A program made the translations under genes and the position numbers. Positions 33,883 to 43,752 of a stretch of 43,775 bases of DNA are shown in pieces. Source of the DNA: a virus (Duplodnaviria > Heunggongvirae > Uroviricota > Caudoviricetes); the IMG/VR virus record IMGVR_UViG_3300022305_001387, positions 64,001-107,775 of that record; one strand, given 5' to 3'. The first letter of the stretch is position 1. Every line of letters begins with the position of its first letter. Below the pieces are notes generated by a model, which searched no databases, had not been told where the DNA came from, and saw only the letters and a program-made list of their open reading frames with translations.

Positions 33883-35166
33883 ATGGCAACAGCAACTTGG
33901 AAAAAAGTAATAGTGTCTGGATCAGACGCGGTATTAAATAAATTAAACGTTGGTACTAATCAAGTAATTACTACATCTAGCACCCAATTAACTGGATCTT
34001 TTACAGGATCATTTAGTGGTGATGGCAGTGGTTTGACGAACTTAAGTGCAACTGCAGTTTTTCCTGCAACGCCTTTAGATTCATTTGGAGATAGTACCAA
34101 AGTTTTTATAAATGATTCTGCTAATAAATTTGTATCTGGATCTCAAGTAGCTGAATATGTTTTTCAAAAAGTATCAGGAGATATTACAATAAGTAATACA
34201 GGCACTGCAACTATTGCTGCTAATTCTGTTGCATTAGGAACAGATACAACTGGTAATTATGTTGATACTGTAACTGCTACTAGTAATGCTGGAATACTTG
34301 TAGGTGGAACTGCAGGAGAAGGTCAAGCAGCTTCAGTTGGATTAAAAAATGCATCTTCTCTATCTGGTAATAAGATATTGAAGTGGGATAATACTAATGC
34401 TCAATTAACAAACACGCTTTTAAGCGATGATGGTACAAATATAACAGGTGCTACTTCAATTCAATTAACAGGCACATCAACAAGTTTAACTGGTTCATTT
34501 AGTGGATCTTTTTACGGAGCAGGTATTGGATCTCTATCAAGCAATTTAACATTGGGGGTTGGTTTAACCAGTTCAGGCAGCACTTTCAATGGTACTTCTG
34601 CTGTTACTGTTGCAGTTGGAGCAGGCACACTGATTACTGCTTCTGGAGCTAGTGTTGCCGTAAAAACTTCTAATCTAAACGAATATCAAGTTCCTTTTTA
34701 TAGTAATGGATTTTTGTCAGGATCTAAAATATCCGATAGCGGTTCAGTAGTTACCATAGGTACAAATTTAAATGTATTAGGCAACATCACAGCTAGCGGA
34801 ACGCTATCTTATTTGAATGTACAAAACTTAGCTGTAACAGATCAATATATAATATTAAATTCAGGATCTAGCGATGCTGCTAGAGATTCAGGTATTATTG
34901 TCAATAGAAATGTACAAACCACATCAGGTTCTGCATTCTATTTGTCTCATGCAGCAGGAACATTGGATCCAGGCAGATGGGCAGTAGCATCTCCAGTGGG
35001 AATAAAAGTTGATAATAGTAATTTAATTGCTAATGAGTGGATGGTAAGTACTAAACTTAATACAATAGATCCTACAACAGAATTACCTCAATGGGGTGGA
35101 ACTACATATGGTAAAGGTAATATGTGGGTAAATACAACATCAGGTGATATATTCATTTATTCGTAA
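33883..35166 (+). CDS. Ser/Thr/Gly-rich fibre or collar structural protein
   Basis: MATATWKKVIVSGS start; GSFTGSFSG repeats; LNVQNLAVTDQYIILNSG...DSGIIVNR module. Confidence 0.65.
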   Translation: MATATWKKVIVSGSDAVLNKLNVGTNQVITTSSTQLTGSFTGSFSGDGSGLTNLSATAVFPATPLDSFGDSTKVFINDSANKFVSGSQVAEYVFQKVSGDITISNTGTATIAANSVALGTDTTGNYVDTVTATSNAGILVGGTAGEGQAASVGLKNASSLSGNKILKWDNTNAQLTNTLLSDDGTNITGATSIQLTGTSTSLTGSFSGSFYGAGIGSLSSNLTLGVGLTSSGSTFNGTSAVTVAVGAGTLITASGASVAVKTSNLNEYQVPFYSNGFLSGSKISDSGSVVTIGTNLNVLGNITASGTLSYLNVQNLAVTDQYIILNSGSSDAARDSGIIVNRNVQTTSGSAFYLSHAAGTLDPGRWAVASPVGIKVDNSNLIANEWMVSTKLNTIDPTTELPQWGGTTYGKGNMWVNTTSGDIFIYS

Positions 35167-35185
35167 TATTTTTAAAAATAAAGTT

Positions 35186-35392
35186 ATGTCAAGTTACAGC
35201 CATATTCGTGCTGCTGCAGAACAGCAAACACAACCTCAAGAAATTGCATCAGATTCTAATAAATTAAATGATAAGGAGATTGCTGTTTTATTAGATATGA
35301 TAAAACGCGCAACTTTTTTAGGAGAAAATGTAGAAGCTGTATATAATATGATATTGAAATTACAAAATCAATACACAAATCAAAATAAATAA
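35186..35392 (+). CDS. Small helical protein, possible fibre chaperone (start revised from 35144)
   Basis: The ATG at 35186 follows an A-rich spacer and avoids overlap with the previous gene. Confidence 0.55.
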   Translation: MSSYSHIRAAAEQQTQPQEIASDSNKLNDKEIAVLLDMIKRATFLGENVEAVYNMILKLQNQYTNQNK

Positions 35393-35400
35393 ATTAGTTT

Positions 35401-35631
35401 ATGAATATCTTTTCAATCGATGTTACTCTAAATGAGTTAACATTTCTTAGACAATCTTTAGACGTAGTTTCAATAAACGGTAAAGACGCTAAATTTCTAG
35501 CAAATCTACAAGTCAAATTAGAACAAGAAATAGAAGAAATACAATCTATGCTTCAGCAAGAAGAATCTAAAAAAAAACAAGAACTCGAAGAGTTAATACA
35601 ACAAGAAACAAAAAAGCCTAGCACTAAATAA
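35401..35631 (+). CDS. Small coiled-coil protein, possible chaperone
   Basis: 76-aa ORF in the fibre operon. Confidence 0.55.
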   Translation: MNIFSIDVTLNELTFLRQSLDVVSINGKDAKFLANLQVKLEQEIEEIQSMLQQEESKKKQELEELIQQETKKPSTK

Positions 35632-35639
35632 TTTTTTAT

Positions 35640-35647
35640 ATATTTAT
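35640..35647 (+). promoter_or_regulatory. ATATTTAT motif
   Basis: 87 nt before ATG 35735, followed by a structured leader. Confidence 0.55.
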
Positions 35648-35654
35648 ATAAAAT

Positions 35655-35717
35655 ACTGTTGGCCTCTAAAAGGAAGTAGGCATATACACGGCATTAGTGT
35701 ATGTATCTAACCGCAGT
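35655..35717 (+). ncRNA. Candidate three-way-junction cis-regulatory leader RNA (family unknown)
   Basis: Nested stems ACTG/CAGT + GTTGG/CTAAC, GCCT/AGGC and ATATACAC/GTGTATGT in a GC-enriched intergenic island. Confidence 0.45.
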
Positions 35718-35734
35718 TTAAATTTTATATAGAC

Positions 35735-37117
35735 ATGCCCAATTGGAAAAAACTCATCACAAGCGGCTCAGCTGCTACATTAAACTCTCTTTACATTACA
35801 GGCTCTGTTGGTATAGGCGTAAAATCTCCTGCATATTCTTTAGATGTTTCTGGTTCTGCTAACATAGTACTTAACAATCCAATAGGGGGTTTTCCTGGAA
35901 ATAAGTTTGCTGTTGCAAATGGTATGCTTAGAATGGGAGGAGATATAGAACCTACATATGGTTGGAGATACATTCAGTTTACAGATACAGCAGATACATA
36001 TGAATACTTTTCTTTAAACTCAGACCAAAGTGGAAATCCTGCTTTCTCTATGGCAAGTGCAGGAAGTTTTAGTATTAATGCAGGATCTGCAAACTTTGGA
36101 TTAGGAACAAAGCTATTAACAGTATTAAATAATGGGAATGTAGGTATTGGTAATAGGAATCCACAAACAAGACTACATGTTGGAGATGGTGGAGGTGGTA
36201 TGGGATTTCCTTATGAAGAATCTATTATAGAAAAAAATGGAGATACTAAGTTTGGTGTATACACTTCTGTAAATGATTTTGGATTAGGAGGAGCAGCTAT
36301 AGTATTAGGTGCAACAAATGTTCGTGATGATAATGGATACTATCCAGGGTTTGAGTTTCAATTTAGTCCTGCTTATGCTTCTACTAATAATTATATAAGA
36401 TATAATTTTATAGAAAGAGATGCAACAGGAGTTGTTGTGAGTTCAAACACTGATCTTTTTGATATATACGCAGATGGTAGAGCGTCTTTTAAAGCATTAG
36501 TTGGTACAGGAACCCAAATGGTGGTTGCTAATAATAATGGATTTATTAGCAGACAAGCAATCCCCGAGGCTAGACCATATAAAGTATATACAGCTTTATT
36601 AACACAGAGTGGTGGGGATGATTTCCAAAGTATTAATTCAGGAGATTTAACTATTGGAGTTACTTACAAAATTAATGTTGTTGATAATGATGGAGACTTC
36701 GCAAATGTAGGAGCTCCAAATAATAATGTAGGTACATATTTTGTAGCAACAGGAACTACACCAAATACATGGGGAACAATTGGAGATTTAAAGTACAATA
36801 ATGGAGCTCCAACAGTAACAGTATTAGAGAATACTATTGGGAATATATGGTTTACTTATATTGGGGTTGGAGTTTATGGTATAAATAATGTTGGTTTATT
36901 TGATTATAATAAAACTTTAATATTGAATGGAGCCGCAGAAGAAGGACTATCTATTTTTAATAGACTTATAGATACCGATGGGAATGGTTCTACAGAAACA
37001 GGTTATTGGATATATTATTCAGATAATACAGCTATAAAGATAAAATCAAAAATTGCTGGAGAATTTGCAGATAGTGTTCTAAATAAAATATTTTTAGAAA
37101 TAAGAGTATACAATTAA
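35735..37117 (+). CDS. Mosaic fibre/adhesin-like structural protein
   Basis: MPNWKKLITSGS start paralogous to 33883; GNVGIG fibre-shaft repeats; C-terminal RPYKVYTALLTQSG module. Confidence 0.65.
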   Translation: MPNWKKLITSGSAATLNSLYITGSVGIGVKSPAYSLDVSGSANIVLNNPIGGFPGNKFAVANGMLRMGGDIEPTYGWRYIQFTDTADTYEYFSLNSDQSGNPAFSMASAGSFSINAGSANFGLGTKLLTVLNNGNVGIGNRNPQTRLHVGDGGGGMGFPYEESIIEKNGDTKFGVYTSVNDFGLGGAAIVLGATNVRDDNGYYPGFEFQFSPAYASTNNYIRYNFIERDATGVVVSSNTDLFDIYADGRASFKALVGTGTQMVVANNNGFISRQAIPEARPYKVYTALLTQSGGDDFQSINSGDLTIGVTYKINVVDNDGDFANVGAPNNNVGTYFVATGTTPNTWGTIGDLKYNNGAPTVTVLENTIGNIWFTYIGVGVYGINNVGLFDYNKTLILNGAAEEGLSIFNRLIDTDGNGSTETGYWIYYSDNTAIKIKSKIAGEFADSVLNKIFLEIRVYN

Positions 37118-37130
37118 AATAAATTAAGTT

Positions 37131-37523
37131 ATGTTAACAGAACAAAAAATAACATGGGGTAATGCTCATTATCTCTGGAACAACTTTAAACTAGGTACTG
37201 AATATCAAAAGTACCTTTTTGATGTTTACGGCATCACCGTTGAAAACGGAGGTCGCGTTATATGGAACCACGTATTTAATGTTGTTGAAGTTGAGATAGC
37301 ATTTGGAGCGGCAGGTCCAGAATATCTACCAGGCGGAATAAAAAAGAAAATAGAAAAAAAGAAGATAAAGCTGATATTTATAATGGGTGATGTTCGTAAT
37401 GAAATTTCTAAAGAAATAAAAGCTATTGTTCCTATAAAAGTAGTTTCGGACATTCAAAATAAAATAGAGGAAATCACAAAAACAAAAATATCTTTGAGCG
37501 ATGTACAAATTATTAAAGGATAA
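37131..37523 (+). CDS. Hypothetical protein
   Basis: 130-aa ORF; ITWGNAHYLWN start. Confidence 0.55.
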   Translation: MLTEQKITWGNAHYLWNNFKLGTEYQKYLFDVYGITVENGGRVIWNHVFNVVEVEIAFGAAGPEYLPGGIKKKIEKKKIKLIFIMGDVRNEISKEIKAIVPIKVVSDIQNKIEEITKTKISLSDVQIIKG

Positions 37524-38064
37524 GTCTAATGAATTTCAATGTGAAATAAGATTAGAAGGAACCACTTCTAAAAATGCCAAAGTCAGATTATTTCTAGAAG
37601 CAGAAGGATGCGAATACTCTTTTAATGGAGAAATTAGTGGAGAAAAGTGTACAGTGCCAATGGGAAAACTAAAGAAGTTTCAAAACTTATTAGAATCAGG
37701 CACCATTAGATTAGAAGTCATTGCAGATGATACTTTATTCGTGCCTTATGAAAATCAATATCAATTAGAAGAAGAGAAAAAAGTAACAGTAGAAGTAAAG
37801 CAACATACAGAGATGATCAAAAAACCTCTTGTAGAAGTAAAAGTAAATGAGCCAATTGCAACCCCGAAAGCTCAACCAAAACCCGCTCAAAAAAATCCAA
37901 TATCTGAAATAAAAAAATATCTAAAAGAGAATACCAGATTTGATGGAAGTAAAAGCAGCTTCATGAATATAATAAAAAATAGTACTCATAAGATATATTT
38001 CAATACCATTTGTGAAAGTAATAAATTAAACAAACTTAGTGTATTGAAACATATATTAAACTAA
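37501..38064 (+). CDS. Hypothetical protein with beta-sandwich-like N-terminal half
   Basis: FQCEIRLEG...VRLFLE...YSFNG...IRLEVIADDTLFVP alternating strands. Confidence 0.6.
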   Translation: MYKLLKDKSNEFQCEIRLEGTTSKNAKVRLFLEAEGCEYSFNGEISGEKCTVPMGKLKKFQNLLESGTIRLEVIADDTLFVPYENQYQLEEEKKVTVEVKQHTEMIKKPLVEVKVNEPIATPKAQPKPAQKNPISEIKKYLKENTRFDGSKSSFMNIIKNSTHKIYFNTICESNKLNKLSVLKHILN

Positions 38065-38077
38065 GTTATGATTAATT

Positions 38078-38326
38078 ATGTCAATACCATCACTATTAGG
38101 ATCTTACATTGATGAAACCTACCAACGCTTAGTTCAAACAGATGGTGTAACTTTTGCAAATGGATTAGGACAAGAAATCACATTTGGAACAATAGCAACA
38201 GGATCTTTCGCTATAACAGGATCAAACATTTTTAAAGCAAATCAAATAATATCTGGATCATTAGATGTATCTGGGTCAATAATTGCGTCTTATTTCATAG
38301 GAACTATTGACTGCGGTACATTTTAA
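38078..38326 (+). CDS. Small fibre-associated structural protein
   Basis: TGSFAITGSNIF...ISGSLDVSGS; ends IDCGTF. Confidence 0.6.
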   Translation: MSIPSLLGSYIDETYQRLVQTDGVTFANGLGQEITFGTIATGSFAITGSNIFKANQIISGSLDVSGSIIASYFIGTIDCGTF

Positions 38327-38327
38327 A

Positions 38328-38335
38328 ATATTTAT
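38328..38335 (+). promoter_or_regulatory. ATATTTAT motif
   Basis: 5 nt before ATG 38341. Confidence 0.55.
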
Positions 38336-38340
38336 AAGTA

Positions 38341-41300
38341 ATGAGTGCAGTAATATCGATAAAAAATAGTTCAGTTGCAGGAAGATCACCGGCCTCTTTA
38401 GCATTAGGAGAAATTGCCATAAATGTACCAGATGGAAAGATATTTGTTGGTGATGGAAGCGGAGTGAAAATACTATCAGTTTCAGGAAGTACTGGCGGAG
38501 GAAGCGGAACAGTAACATCTGTGCAATTGACTCAAGGCACAGGAATAACTTTAAGTGGAACGAATCCAATAACTACAACAGGTAATATTACTGTTACAAA
38601 TGCTGATCCCGGATCTGCCCTTAATTTAATTAACGGTACAGGGATTACTATTACAGGTACATATCCTAATTATACAATTACTAATACAATTGATTCAAGT
38701 ACTTTTTTAAGTAAAACCACATTTAATAATTGGACTGGATCAGTAAATTCTCAATTTGCAGGTACAGCATCATATGCTAATCAAGCAATGAGTGCATCTT
38801 ATGCTACAACTGCATCATACACTTTTAATGCAGCAACCGCTTCAAATATATTAGGTGGTAAAGCAACACACATACCGTTCTTCAAAACAGATACAACACT
38901 AGCTACTAGCTCTCTATATCAATCAGGCTCCAGCACAGTTATAATAAACCAAGACAACGCTACATCAACTAATCCAGAAGCTCTATATGTCTATCAACCA
39001 AGTCAAACATCTTTCAATGTAATAAGCGGTAAAGGCAATTTAAATAACTATTTACAGCTTAATATACAAAATACAAACCAAGGTACTAATGCATCATCAG
39101 ACGTAGTTGCAACAGCAGGAAATGGAAATGAAACTACCAACTACATTGATATGGGTATCAACAGTGATAACTTTATTGGCGATATTGGTGCTGCAAACGA
39201 TGCCTATCTATATTCAACTGGACAACATCTACACATAGGTAATGCTACTCCAAACAAACCAATTCAATTTTTTGTAGGGGGTACTGATACACAAGCTAAT
39301 AGAAAACTAGAATTAAACGCAGATGGCAGACATAATATAACTGGTTCGCTAGATATTAGCGAAAGTTTAAATGTAAGAAAGAATCTAACAAGTAGTGGAC
39401 TGCTGACTAATGGAACTAATACCATATTAGGTAATACTACAATGAGTGGTTCTAGTACCATAATAGGTACTACCACAATGACGGGTTCATTACTAATAAC
39501 CGGTTCTACAACACAAATAGGTAATAATACCTTAATAGGTAATACATTATTATCAGGCAGCATTATAATATCAGGATCAAACCAACCAGGCTCAGTTACA
39601 GCATCAGTAAAAGTGTATGGTGATATTGAAACAACAGGATATCATAGATTTGATCCCGTAACAACAAATATAGACACATCAATATCTGCCTCATACATTT
39701 ACGTATCAGGATCAACAAACGACTTATATTTCAGCCAGAATGGTAGTGGGTTTAATAACGTAACTCGTCTACGTTGGTTAGAGGGTACATTATTTACAGG
39801 ATTATTAAACGGGGCTATAATAACACAAATATCACCAAACAAATATCAAATATCAAGTGGTAGTGGTATTATAGTCACCTTAAATGCCTCCTATAATACT
39901 AATCCCTTCCCTGTAGTAGAATACGTTAACTGGCCTAATATAACAGGAAGTATAGATGCTTTAAGCTCGTCATACGATCAACAATTTGTTGCTATAAATT
40001 CAACAGCAAATATAACTGCTCAAGGAGTACCATATAGTGATGGCCAGTTTAATACTTTAATTCCAATTGGTATTGTTATACATCAAAATAGATCTACAAT
40101 AAATGCAGTACAAACATTCCCTAGTACAGCGTATGGTTGGAAGCAGAGATCATCTGATTTTGTTAGAGCGTTTGGACCGCTAAAAATATCTGGCTACACG
40201 CTAGCACCAAGCGGATCTTCTACAGGAAGTCTAGTACTAAGCGGAGGTACATCGTTTGTGGATGGTCGAAATTATACAGTCGATCCAAATAACCCAAGTT
40301 ATATTCAAGAAGCAACAGGGATCACAACTTCAAAAGTATATAGGTACAGGCAATCTGGTTCAGCAGGATGGATATACGATACTAATGCAGGTGCTGGATA
40401 CGCAACAATAGATCAGGCCAACTATGCTAGACAATCAGACGGAACACTGCAGCCGGTACCTACAAATGATTGGACTATTCAAAGAGTGTTTTACTTCCCA
40501 AACAGCGCTACAAAAGCCTTTTACATATACTACGGTAATGCAACTTATGCAACTAAAGATCTTGCGGTAGCTGCAATAACAACCGAGGCTTTTAATGAAG
40601 CACCAAACACATCAGCAAATGCTGTCTTAGTGGGGTATATGCTATTAAGGCACAATGCCGATTTTACTGTAGCAGCTTCTTACGAATTTAGAGCGGCAGG
40701 ATTATTTAGAGGATCTGGTACAGCAGTGGGTGTTGGATCAACTACTACAACGACGCTTGAAGGCTTATCAGACGTATCTATAACAAGTAAAACAAACCAT
40801 AACCTACTAGCTTATAACAGCAGTACAACAAAATGGGAAAACGTATCGTCAATTACAGCGGGCGTAACTGGAAATGTAACGGGTAATCTGACAGGTACTG
40901 CAGATACAGCATCATATATCTCACCAACATTCATATCAGCTTCAGCAGCAGCATCAGGATTTGGAAGTGGAGGCGGAGGAAGTACAAGTGGACTATTAAC
41001 AACTGCTTCATTTAATAGTTACACCTCATCAACTACATCGCAGTTTGCAGGCACCGCATCATTTGCAACAACAGCATTAAACTTATTAGGATCAGTAACA
41101 TCTGCAGCTACTGCATCCTATGCAACTAATTTTACAATCTCTACAACGCTAATCTTAGATGAAACATTAACAGATTTTGCTAAAGCAGCATCTACAATCG
41201 TAGGATCAAATAATTTATTCCAACAAGCAACCGGGTCTTATACGTCTTTCCATGGCAAATACACAGTGTACAGTGGTGCAAATACAAGAGCAGGTAATTT

Positions 41301-41475
41301 AATAGTAGGGTGGAATGGAGCGAATGTAACATATACAGATGTAGCTACAACAGACATCGGATCAACAACAGATATAACATTCCAAGCATTAATAGACGGA
41401 TCAAATCAAATACAGGTAAACGCTGTAACAGCAACATCGGGATGGACTATAAAGATGATAGCTACATATTTATAA
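38341..41475 (+). CDS. Long tail fibre / receptor-binding adhesin
   Basis: N-terminal PASLALGEIAINVPDGKIF tail-attachment-like motif; GTASYA repeats; LEGLSDVSIT collar-like repeat; 1044 aa, S/T/G-rich. Confidence 0.72.
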   Translation: MSAVISIKNSSVAGRSPASLALGEIAINVPDGKIFVGDGSGVKILSVSGSTGGGSGTVTSVQLTQGTGITLSGTNPITTTGNITVTNADPGSALNLINGTGITITGTYPNYTITNTIDSSTFLSKTTFNNWTGSVNSQFAGTASYANQAMSASYATTASYTFNAATASNILGGKATHIPFFKTDTTLATSSLYQSGSSTVIINQDNATSTNPEALYVYQPSQTSFNVISGKGNLNNYLQLNIQNTNQGTNASSDVVATAGNGNETTNYIDMGINSDNFIGDIGAANDAYLYSTGQHLHIGNATPNKPIQFFVGGTDTQANRKLELNADGRHNITGSLDISESLNVRKNLTSSGLLTNGTNTILGNTTMSGSSTIIGTTTMTGSLLITGSTTQIGNNTLIGNTLLSGSIIISGSNQPGSVTASVKVYGDIETTGYHRFDPVTTNIDTSISASYIYVSGSTNDLYFSQNGSGFNNVTRLRWLEGTLFTGLLNGAIITQISPNKYQISSGSGIIVTLNASYNTNPFPVVEYVNWPNITGSIDALSSSYDQQFVAINSTANITAQGVPYSDGQFNTLIPIGIVIHQNRSTINAVQTFPSTAYGWKQRSSDFVRAFGPLKISGYTLAPSGSSTGSLVLSGGTSFVDGRNYTVDPNNPSYIQEATGITTSKVYRYRQSGSAGWIYDTNAGAGYATIDQANYARQSDGTLQPVPTNDWTIQRVFYFPNSATKAFYIYYGNATYATKDLAVAAITTEAFNEAPNTSANAVLVGYMLLRHNADFTVAASYEFRAAGLFRGSGTAVGVGSTTTTTLEGLSDVSITSKTNHNLLAYNSSTTKWENVSSITAGVTGNVTGNLTGTADTASYISPTFISASAAASGFGSGGGGSTSGLLTTASFNSYTSSTTSQFAGTASFATTALNLLGSVTSAATASYATNFTISTTLILDETLTDFAKAASTIVGSNNLFQQATGSYTSFHGKYTVYSGANTRAGNLIVGWNGANVTYTDVATTDIGSTTDITFQALIDGSNQIQVNAVTATSGWTIKMIATYL

Positions 41476-41511
41476 TAGAACTATTAGTTGGATAGTGAAA
41501 ACTAATTAAAC

Positions 41512-41952
41512 ATGGCAAATGAATTTGTAGCCAAGAACGGGCTAATCTCACAAAATAATACTACAGTTAGCGGTTCGCTAACAGTCACTCAAGGAATAAC
41601 AGGGTCCTTCTCTGGTTCATTACGAGGTACTGCATCTTTCGCAACAGCCGCAGGAAGTAGCGCTTACACAGTTGTGACTGTAATTTCAACGCCCTATAAC
41701 GCTGCACAGACATCAGGAGATGTAGTACTACTAGTAGATGCAGCAACAGCTGGTGTAACAACAATTAACCTACCTACAGCAGTAAGTAATACGGCTAAAT
41801 TTACAGTTAAAAAAGTAGACGGCGGAACAAACACTGTTACTGTAGATGCAAATAGCACAGAAACGATAGACGGAGGAGCAACTGCAACACTATTGATTCC
41901 AAGTGCATCAATAACATTAATATCAAATAATTTAAACTGGTTTATAATATAA
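41512..41952 (+). CDS. Short fibre/decoration protein
   Basis: MANEFVAKNGL start; TINLPTAV...FTVKKVD...VTVDANSTETIDG C-terminal module. Confidence 0.62.
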   Translation: MANEFVAKNGLISQNNTTVSGSLTVTQGITGSFSGSLRGTASFATAAGSSAYTVVTVISTPYNAAQTSGDVVLLVDAATAGVTTINLPTAVSNTAKFTVKKVDGGTNTVTVDANSTETIDGGATATLLIPSASITLISNNLNWFII

Positions 41953-41956
41953 GACT

Positions 41957-42403
41957 ATGGCATATAATCCACAACCTGCATTAGGACAAGCTACAATGAC
42001 TAACTCATTGCCGGTAGCTATTGCATCAAACCAAACTGCTGTTCCTATAACAGTTACATCATCTGCTACAGGTGGCGATACTACATTCCACTTAGTGTCT
42101 GCAGCTAATACAAATCCTACAAACATAAAAGCATCTGCAGGAGTTGTTACAGGATGGTATATATACAATTCTAATGCTAATGCTAGAAAGGTAGCATTTC
42201 ATAATACGGCTGGTACACCAACAGCAGGAGCAAGTGTTTATTTTACTGTTGTTATTCCTGGTCTTGCTGCTACAAACGTAAGTTTTCCTCCAGGTATAGC
42301 TTTTTCTACAGGAATAGCTATTACTACTGTAACAGGATTAGCAGATAGTGATAACACTGCCGTAGCTTTAAATGATCTTAATATTAATATTTATTATAAA
42401 TAA
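41957..42403 (+). CDS. Beta-rich structural protein
   Basis: NIKASAGVVTGWYIYN...GIAFSTGIAI. Confidence 0.6.
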   Translation: MAYNPQPALGQATMTNSLPVAIASNQTAVPITVTSSATGGDTTFHLVSAANTNPTNIKASAGVVTGWYIYNSNANARKVAFHNTAGTPTAGASVYFTVVIPGLAATNVSFPPGIAFSTGIAITTVTGLADSDNTAVALNDLNINIYYK

Positions 42404-42409
42404 AATAAC

Positions 42410-42655
42410 ATGCAGATTACACCTACAGAGTTTGTTCAGCTCCCTTTAGATGGAACAGCTACAGAATTAGAAATTATAGTTCAACCTTTTCCTTTGTTCC
42501 CTACAGAAATACATGTATTTTGGAAAGTGAGTGGAACAGCAGTGAGCAAAGAAGGAATTATATCTCTCCCTCAGTCTATTATTGACAATTGGGGGGTGGA
42601 TGATACTATTGTAGAAAATTATGTATTACAACAACTTGATTTAACTAAAGTATAA
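42410..42655 (+). CDS. Small hypothetical protein, possible fibre assembly chaperone
   Basis: 81 aa; IIDNWGVDDTIVENYVLQQL. Confidence 0.55.
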   Translation: MQITPTEFVQLPLDGTATELEIIVQPFPLFPTEIHVFWKVSGTAVSKEGIISLPQSIIDNWGVDDTIVENYVLQQLDLTKV

Positions 42656-43752
42656 TGGCTATTAAAACATGGGTTGGGACAACTGCTAACTGGAGCGTAG
42701 CTTCCAATTGGAGTCCTGCTGCTGTTCCTACAGCAACAGATGACCTTGTGTTTAATAACTCAGCAGCTTGTAATATAAATACCAATTACGTTTTTAATAG
42801 CATTGATTTTAATGGATATACAGGTGCACTTAGTGGGGCTAATAGTATGACTATAGTAGGATCAAGCACAGGTACAGCTACAGGAGTAGCTATACGTTTT
42901 TCTACAGGAATGACTTCAACTTGGTCAGGTACTGTTGCCTTTACATCAGGGGTTGGAGGATATATATATTCTAATGGAAAATCATTTGGGGGCATTACTT
43001 TTAACAATGCTACAGGAGTTTGGGTATTCCAAGATGTTATGAACCAAGCTGGTAATTTAACTATAACAGCAGGTAACATAACATTTTTAGCCAATTCGAC
43101 CACTTCAGGTACAATAACTCATACAGCAGGAACATTAACAGCACTTAATTGTGCAAATATAACTTTTGGTAGTTTTAATGGTAATAATGCTAACACAAGA
43201 ACTATTAATATGGGTTGTGGGACTTGGACAGCAACAAGCACTACTCCTTGGAATATGGGTACTATAACAGGATTAACATTTAATTCTGAACAAAGTAGAA
43301 TATTAATAACTAATACAAGTGCAACTAATATTAACTTTAGTAGTGGAGGTTTATCTTATTACACTCTTGAAATTGCAAGAGGAAGTAGTACAGCTAGTAC
43401 AGTTATATCAGGTAATAATACATTTGTAAATTTTATAGATAATACATCTACTGCTGCTCATCAAATACAGTTTAATGGTATTACTACAAATAGTTTTTAT
43501 AGATTTATTGTAAAAGGTTCTGCAGGAAATGCAATTACGATAGTAAGAGGTACTAGTGGTGCATATAGTTTAATTAAATTAGGCAGAGATGTAGTGTCAT
43601 CTTCTGATTATATTATATTTGGAAGTAGTTTTACAGCAACACCAAGTAATACTTGGTATATAGGTCCTAATAGTACAAACTTAAGTACAGGATTAATAAC
43701 ATCAAATCCTCCAAGCACTCAGTCTATATTAGGTGCAGGAGGCGTTGGATAA
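42655..43752 (+). CDS. Beta-helix/adhesin-like protein (autotransporter-passenger-like repeats)
   Basis: KTWVGTTANWSVASNWSPAAVPTATDDLVFN start; repeats LTITAGNITF, ITHTAGTLT. Confidence 0.65.
   Translation: MAIKTWVGTTANWSVASNWSPAAVPTATDDLVFNNSAACNINTNYVFNSIDFNGYTGALSGANSMTIVGSSTGTATGVAIRFSTGMTSTWSGTVAFTSGVGGYIYSNGKSFGGITFNNATGVWVFQDVMNQAGNLTITAGNITFLANSTTSGTITHTAGTLTALNCANITFGSFNGNNANTRTINMGCGTWTATSTTPWNMGTITGLTFNSEQSRILITNTSATNINFSSGGLSYYTLEIARGSSTASTVISGNNTFVNFIDNTSTAAHQIQFNGITTNSFYRFIVKGSAGNAITIVRGTSGAYSLIKLGRDVVSSSDYIIFGSSFTATPSNTWYIGPNSTNLSTGLITSNPPSTQSILGAGGVG

Noticed and set aside
33883-43752. Diversity-generating retroelement targeting the fibres
   Set aside because: No reverse transcriptase, and no near-identical template/variable repeat pair differing at adenines was visible.
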